NCBI GenBank assembly: GCA_030589055.1
Contig: JAUUWK010000001.1
Span: 1 to 37,712 of the forward strand
Direction: 5' to 3'
DNA length: 37,712 nt
DNA from: Candidatus Bathyarchaeota archaeon
GTDB taxonomy: Archaea; Thermoproteota; Bathyarchaeia; Bathyarchaeales; Bathycorpusculaceae
A program made the translations under genes and the position numbers. Of the stretch, positions 35,247 through 37,712 are shown in pieces (the first letter of the stretch is position 1; each line of letters starts with the position of its first letter). The notes under the pieces are model-generated. The model worked only from the letters and a program-made list of their open reading frames with translations. It made no database searches and had not been told where the DNA came from.

Positions 35247-35803
35247 GCAGAAGGAAAGCCTACTACACGAACAAAATTAAGAGGGCGGTTCATCTGCTCT
35301 TCTACCGAAGACACAGAAAGCCCGGAGTAAAGGGATGGGAGCTCCGGAAAGCCTTAGGCTCAGATTACCCAAAAGTCCTGAAAATTCTAGACAAACATCT
35401 AAAACCCCTCGATTTACAGGTGAAAACAGTTTTTGAGGGAGAGAAACCAGTTGGAAAACCAACTTTAGACCAGTTGAACAAGGCCAGGTTCTGCATAACA
35501 TTAAGAGGGGAATTAACACCCAAAGAAGCCAAGATGATAGGGTGGCGAATAGACGACCTCGCAGGACTAGCAATAACAATCGCCTACATAATATCCAGAA
35601 AAGGAAGAGCACCGCGAAAAGAAGTTGAAGAGCTGTTGCGCGACAAACTGCCCGAATGGAAGGTTGGAATGAACGTCGATCGGTACATTCGTTACGGATA
35701 TTTAACACAGGATGAAAATGAACAAGTATACTTGGATTGGAGAACCAATACTGAGGTTGATCAGAAAGCCCTCGTAGACCTTGTTTTGAGCGCTGAAACC
35801 TAA
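35222..35803 (+). CDS. Tandem winged-helix KITE-like protein (ScpB/Nse3-MAGE-like). An alternative GTG start lies at 35243
   Basis: WH-A reads 'AVHLLFYRRHRKPGVKGWELRKALGSDYPKVLKILDKHLKPLDLQVKTV...ARFCITL'. WH-B reads 'LAGLAITIAYIISRKGRAPRKEVEELLRDKLP...YIRYGYL'. It overlaps the kleisin gene. Confidence 0.55.
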   Translation: METRRATVSRRKAYYTNKIKRAVHLLFYRRHRKPGVKGWELRKALGSDYPKVLKILDKHLKPLDLQVKTVFEGEKPVGKPTLDQLNKARFCITLRGELTPKEAKMIGWRIDDLAGLAITIAYIISRKGRAPRKEVEELLRDKLPEWKVGMNVDRYIRYGYLTQDENEQVYLDWRTNTEVDQKALVDLVLSAET

Positions 35804-35809
35804 CGCAGT

Positions 35810-35983
35810 CTATCTTTTTATTTTATGATAGATTAATGCGATGATGTCGACAGTAATTATTGCTACGAGAACGATCAGCGGGTTGCTTAGAAACTTGTCA
35901 ACAAGAGGTTCTTCTTCCGCACTGACAGAATTGATTAACGCAAATAAAAGAAATAGAATATGCAAAATTTCGAGTTTCTTCAT
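35810..35983 (-). CDS. Possible 57-aa secreted or membrane peptide downstream of nusA
   Basis: Translated by hand: MKKLEILHILFLLFALINSVSAEEEPLVDKFLSNPLIVLVAIITVDIIALIYHKIKR. This reads as a signal-like segment plus a TM segment. It is below the ORF-track size cut-off. Confidence 0.3.
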   Translation of the reverse strand: MKKLEILHILFLLFALINSVSAEEEPLVDKFLSNPLIVLVAIITVDIIALIYHKIKR

Positions 35984-36003
35984 GTTCTTGGTCTCTTGAA
36001 GGT

Positions 36004-36441
36004 TTACGTTATGCTTACCTTTTCTATTTGGAAATATCTTTTAGCTAAAAAGCGGAGGCGTTCAGCGTTCCTTCCGTTTTTTCCTATGGCGACGCCTTTA
36101 TCTTTTGGATTGACTGCTACGACAGCTATTGTTTTTCCGTTAGGTGTTTCTGTTATGCGGACCTCCTTAACCATTGCTGGTTTGAGAGCATTTTTGATGA
36201 ATTGCACAGGTTCTTCTGAATATTCGATTATTTCGTGTTTTTTTCCTGTCATCCTTTCTAACGTGTGGATGTTTCTTCCGCTCCTTCCAATGGCCATTCC
36301 TATCTGTCCTTCGCTGACAACAAAGATTACACGGTTCTGTTCCTCATTGACTATGCAGTCTTTAACGCTTGCACCCGTTATACTTTCGAATAATGATATA
36401 TACCGCATTTCTTTGCTTGTGATTTTTATTCCGCTTGTCAT
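36004..36441 (-). CDS. nusA: Archaeal NusA-like protein (two KH domains)
   Basis: 'GMAIGRSGRNI' and 'GVAIGKNGRN' are GxxG KH motifs. It occupies the conserved position after rpl30e. Confidence 0.85.
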   Translation of the reverse strand: MTSGIKITSKEMRYISLFESITGASVKDCIVNEEQNRVIFVVSEGQIGMAIGRSGRNIHTLERMTGKKHEIIEYSEEPVQFIKNALKPAMVKEVRITETPNGKTIAVVAVNPKDKGVAIGKNGRNAERLRFLAKRYFQIEKVSIT

Positions 36442-36773
36442 TCAGTTCCTCCGTAGGACTCCTCTGGTTCCGTCTTTTCTATTAACCTAAAGATTTCTGA
36501 ATCCCCGGGCTCTTTTATACTTAACGCTGAAATGACAAAGGGTTTACCGCATACAGCGGCTAAGTCTATGGATGAGCTCTTGTATATAATTAGTGGAACA
36601 TCTGAAAGCTTACAATAATACTCTATGTCTTCATGTGTGCCTTTCGGGCAGTTCGCAGCCAAAATTATCAGTTTGGTTTTTCCATTTTTTGCGTTCTGTA
36701 TGGTGGAGTTCGCGCCAAAAAAAACTTTCCCTGTTTTGACAACAGTTGTAATCGCTTTTTCTACGTCTATCAC
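36438..36773 (-). CDS. rpl30e: Ribosomal protein L30e (eL30)
   Basis: 'KTGKVFFGANSTIQNAKNGKTKLIILAANCP' is the L7Ae/L30e-fold signature. It lies between rpoA'' and nusA. Confidence 0.9.
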   Translation of the reverse strand: MIDVEKAITTVVKTGKVFFGANSTIQNAKNGKTKLIILAANCPKGTHEDIEYYCKLSDVPLIIYKSSSIDLAAVCGKPFVISALSIKEPGDSEIFRLIEKTEPEESYGGTE

Positions 36774-37712
36774 TTGCCCTGCCTCTTCAACTTGGATGTC
36801 GACATGTATAGTTCAACTAGTCCTGTACCAATTGGTATGGATTGCCCTATTATTACGTTTTCGGTTACACCATCCAATGGGTCGCTTTCACCCCTCACGG
36901 AAGCATCAACAATATTTGGGACTGTTATTTCGAATGCGGCTCTGGCTAAAACACTTGATTTCTTACCGCTTATTCCATGTCTACCTATCTGTTGCACGTC
37001 ACCCGTGGATGTCATCGTATCCGCAACAAGCATTACATGACGGACGTCAACGTCTAAACCTTGTTCCTCCAAAACGCTTTTAGCCTCATATATTAAAGCG
37101 TTCCTAGCGGCTTCTATTCCCAACATCTTAGCTATTTCATGAACGTTATTTGTTGTCGTTCGTGAAGCCTCTACTTCGGAAATTTCTAACACTTTAGGGA
37201 GGTTTGACCCGTCTGTTCTTATGACCCATTCTCCACGTTCTTCTGTGACCAACACACGCTTTGTTTTGGGTACACCTTTGATGTGGAAAGAGGAAACCTT
37301 GGGAAGTAATTTTTTGAGGTTTTCAGCCTTTTCAGGTTTTATGTACACGCGGTTACTTCTTGTTCTTACAGTGCAGTTTGGTATCTCTAACAGATTCTTC
37401 AATTCTTCAAGTGTTATTCTTCTATCCTCCATCATTCTTTTGCTAAGTTCCACTGTTATTTCTTCTTTTATGGGATCTTCATAAATTGCTTGTGCCAAGT
37501 CTTCTATCGTCGTATGGATTATTTTGCGGGCAATCTCTGTTGCGGCTTCCTTGTTTTTTCTGTATTTTTTGGTCAAGTATATTGTCATTATAGGAGTGGA
37601 TGGAACTCGTCTCGCATCAACAATTTCTATGAGTCTTGGCAGTCCTAGGGTTACGTTCTGCTCTCGAACTCCTGCATAATGGAACGTTCTGAGAGTCATC
37701 TGTGTGCCTGGT
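36770..37712 (-). CDS. rpoA2: DNA-directed RNA polymerase subunit A'' (5' end outside the window)
   Basis: 'MTLRTFHYAGV...NVTLGLPRLIEIVDA', 'GIEAARNALI' and 'DVRHVMLVADTMT..G' are all present. The frame is open to the window edge. Confidence 0.93.
   Translation of the reverse strand, partial: PGTQMTLRTFHYAGVREQNVTLGLPRLIEIVDARRVPSTPIMTIYLTKKYRKNKEAATEIARKIIHTTIEDLAQAIYEDPIKEEITVELSKRMMEDRRITLEELKNLLEIPNCTVRTRSNRVYIKPEKAENLKKLLPKVSSFHIKGVPKTKRVLVTEERGEWVIRTDGSNLPKVLEISEVEASRTTTNNVHEIAKMLGIEAARNALIYEAKSVLEEQGLDVDVRHVMLVADTMTSTGDVQQIGRHGISGKKSSVLARAAFEITVPNIVDASVRGESDPLDGVTENVIIGQSIPIGTGLVELYMSTSKLKRQGK

Noticed and set aside
1-37712. A search for CRISPR arrays, rRNA/tRNA genes, and transposase or integrase genes.
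   Set aside because: I saw no regularly spaced direct repeats, no rRNA-like or cloverleaf-like sequences, and no ORF with DDE, tyrosine-recombinase or serine-recombinase motifs while reading the sequence and the ORF translations.

Overview
This window looks like an archaeal chromosome segment of moderate to low GC. That call rests on the rpoA''-rpl30e-nusA cluster, an RpoH/Rpb5 gene, TATA-like promoters and frequent GTGA/ATGA start-stop overlaps. No rRNA, tRNA or CRISPR array was recognised.

Gene content from left to right:
- a two-component pair (histidine kinase and receiver) and a tandem GNAT
- a small resistance-like islet: a ChrB-like protein, an MFS transporter, an ArsR regulator and a tiny Cys/His protein
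- an nrdR-nrdD-nrdG anaerobic ribonucleotide reductase operon with an NrdR-box-like palindrome in its promoter
- a vapBC toxin-antitoxin pair
- tldD and pmbA
- a stand-alone, two-domain (eukaryote-like) Rpb5/RpoH
- a HAD hydrolase
- an acyl-CoA island: one canonical thiolase+DUF35 pair, two thiolase-fold paralogs that appear to lack the catalytic Cys/His, two more DUF35 genes, and a complete methylmalonyl-CoA mutase / B12-binding subunit / MeaB / adenosyltransferase module
- SIS, CBS and histidine-phosphatase genes
- two unknown genes divergent from a translationally coupled three-gene operon
- the 3' part of the RNA polymerase/ribosomal cluster

The three-gene operon encodes a short (654 aa) Smc5/6-like ABC ATPase, a kleisin-like protein and a tandem winged-helix (KITE-like) protein. 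I consider it the best candidate for an undescribed system.

The second main observation is a family of (CG)3-5-containing motifs. They occur six times in non-coding DNA in strictly alternating orientation. Several sit exactly where 5'-truncated gene fragments begin: a surface protein, a type III PKS/KAS III-like gene and a membrane-anchor fragment. A related palindrome separates an LD-carboxypeptidase fragment from an AlkD-like fragment. Together these suggest recombination or rearrangement breakpoints that delimit accessory segments.

All homology calls come from reading the ORF translations by eye. No searches were run.
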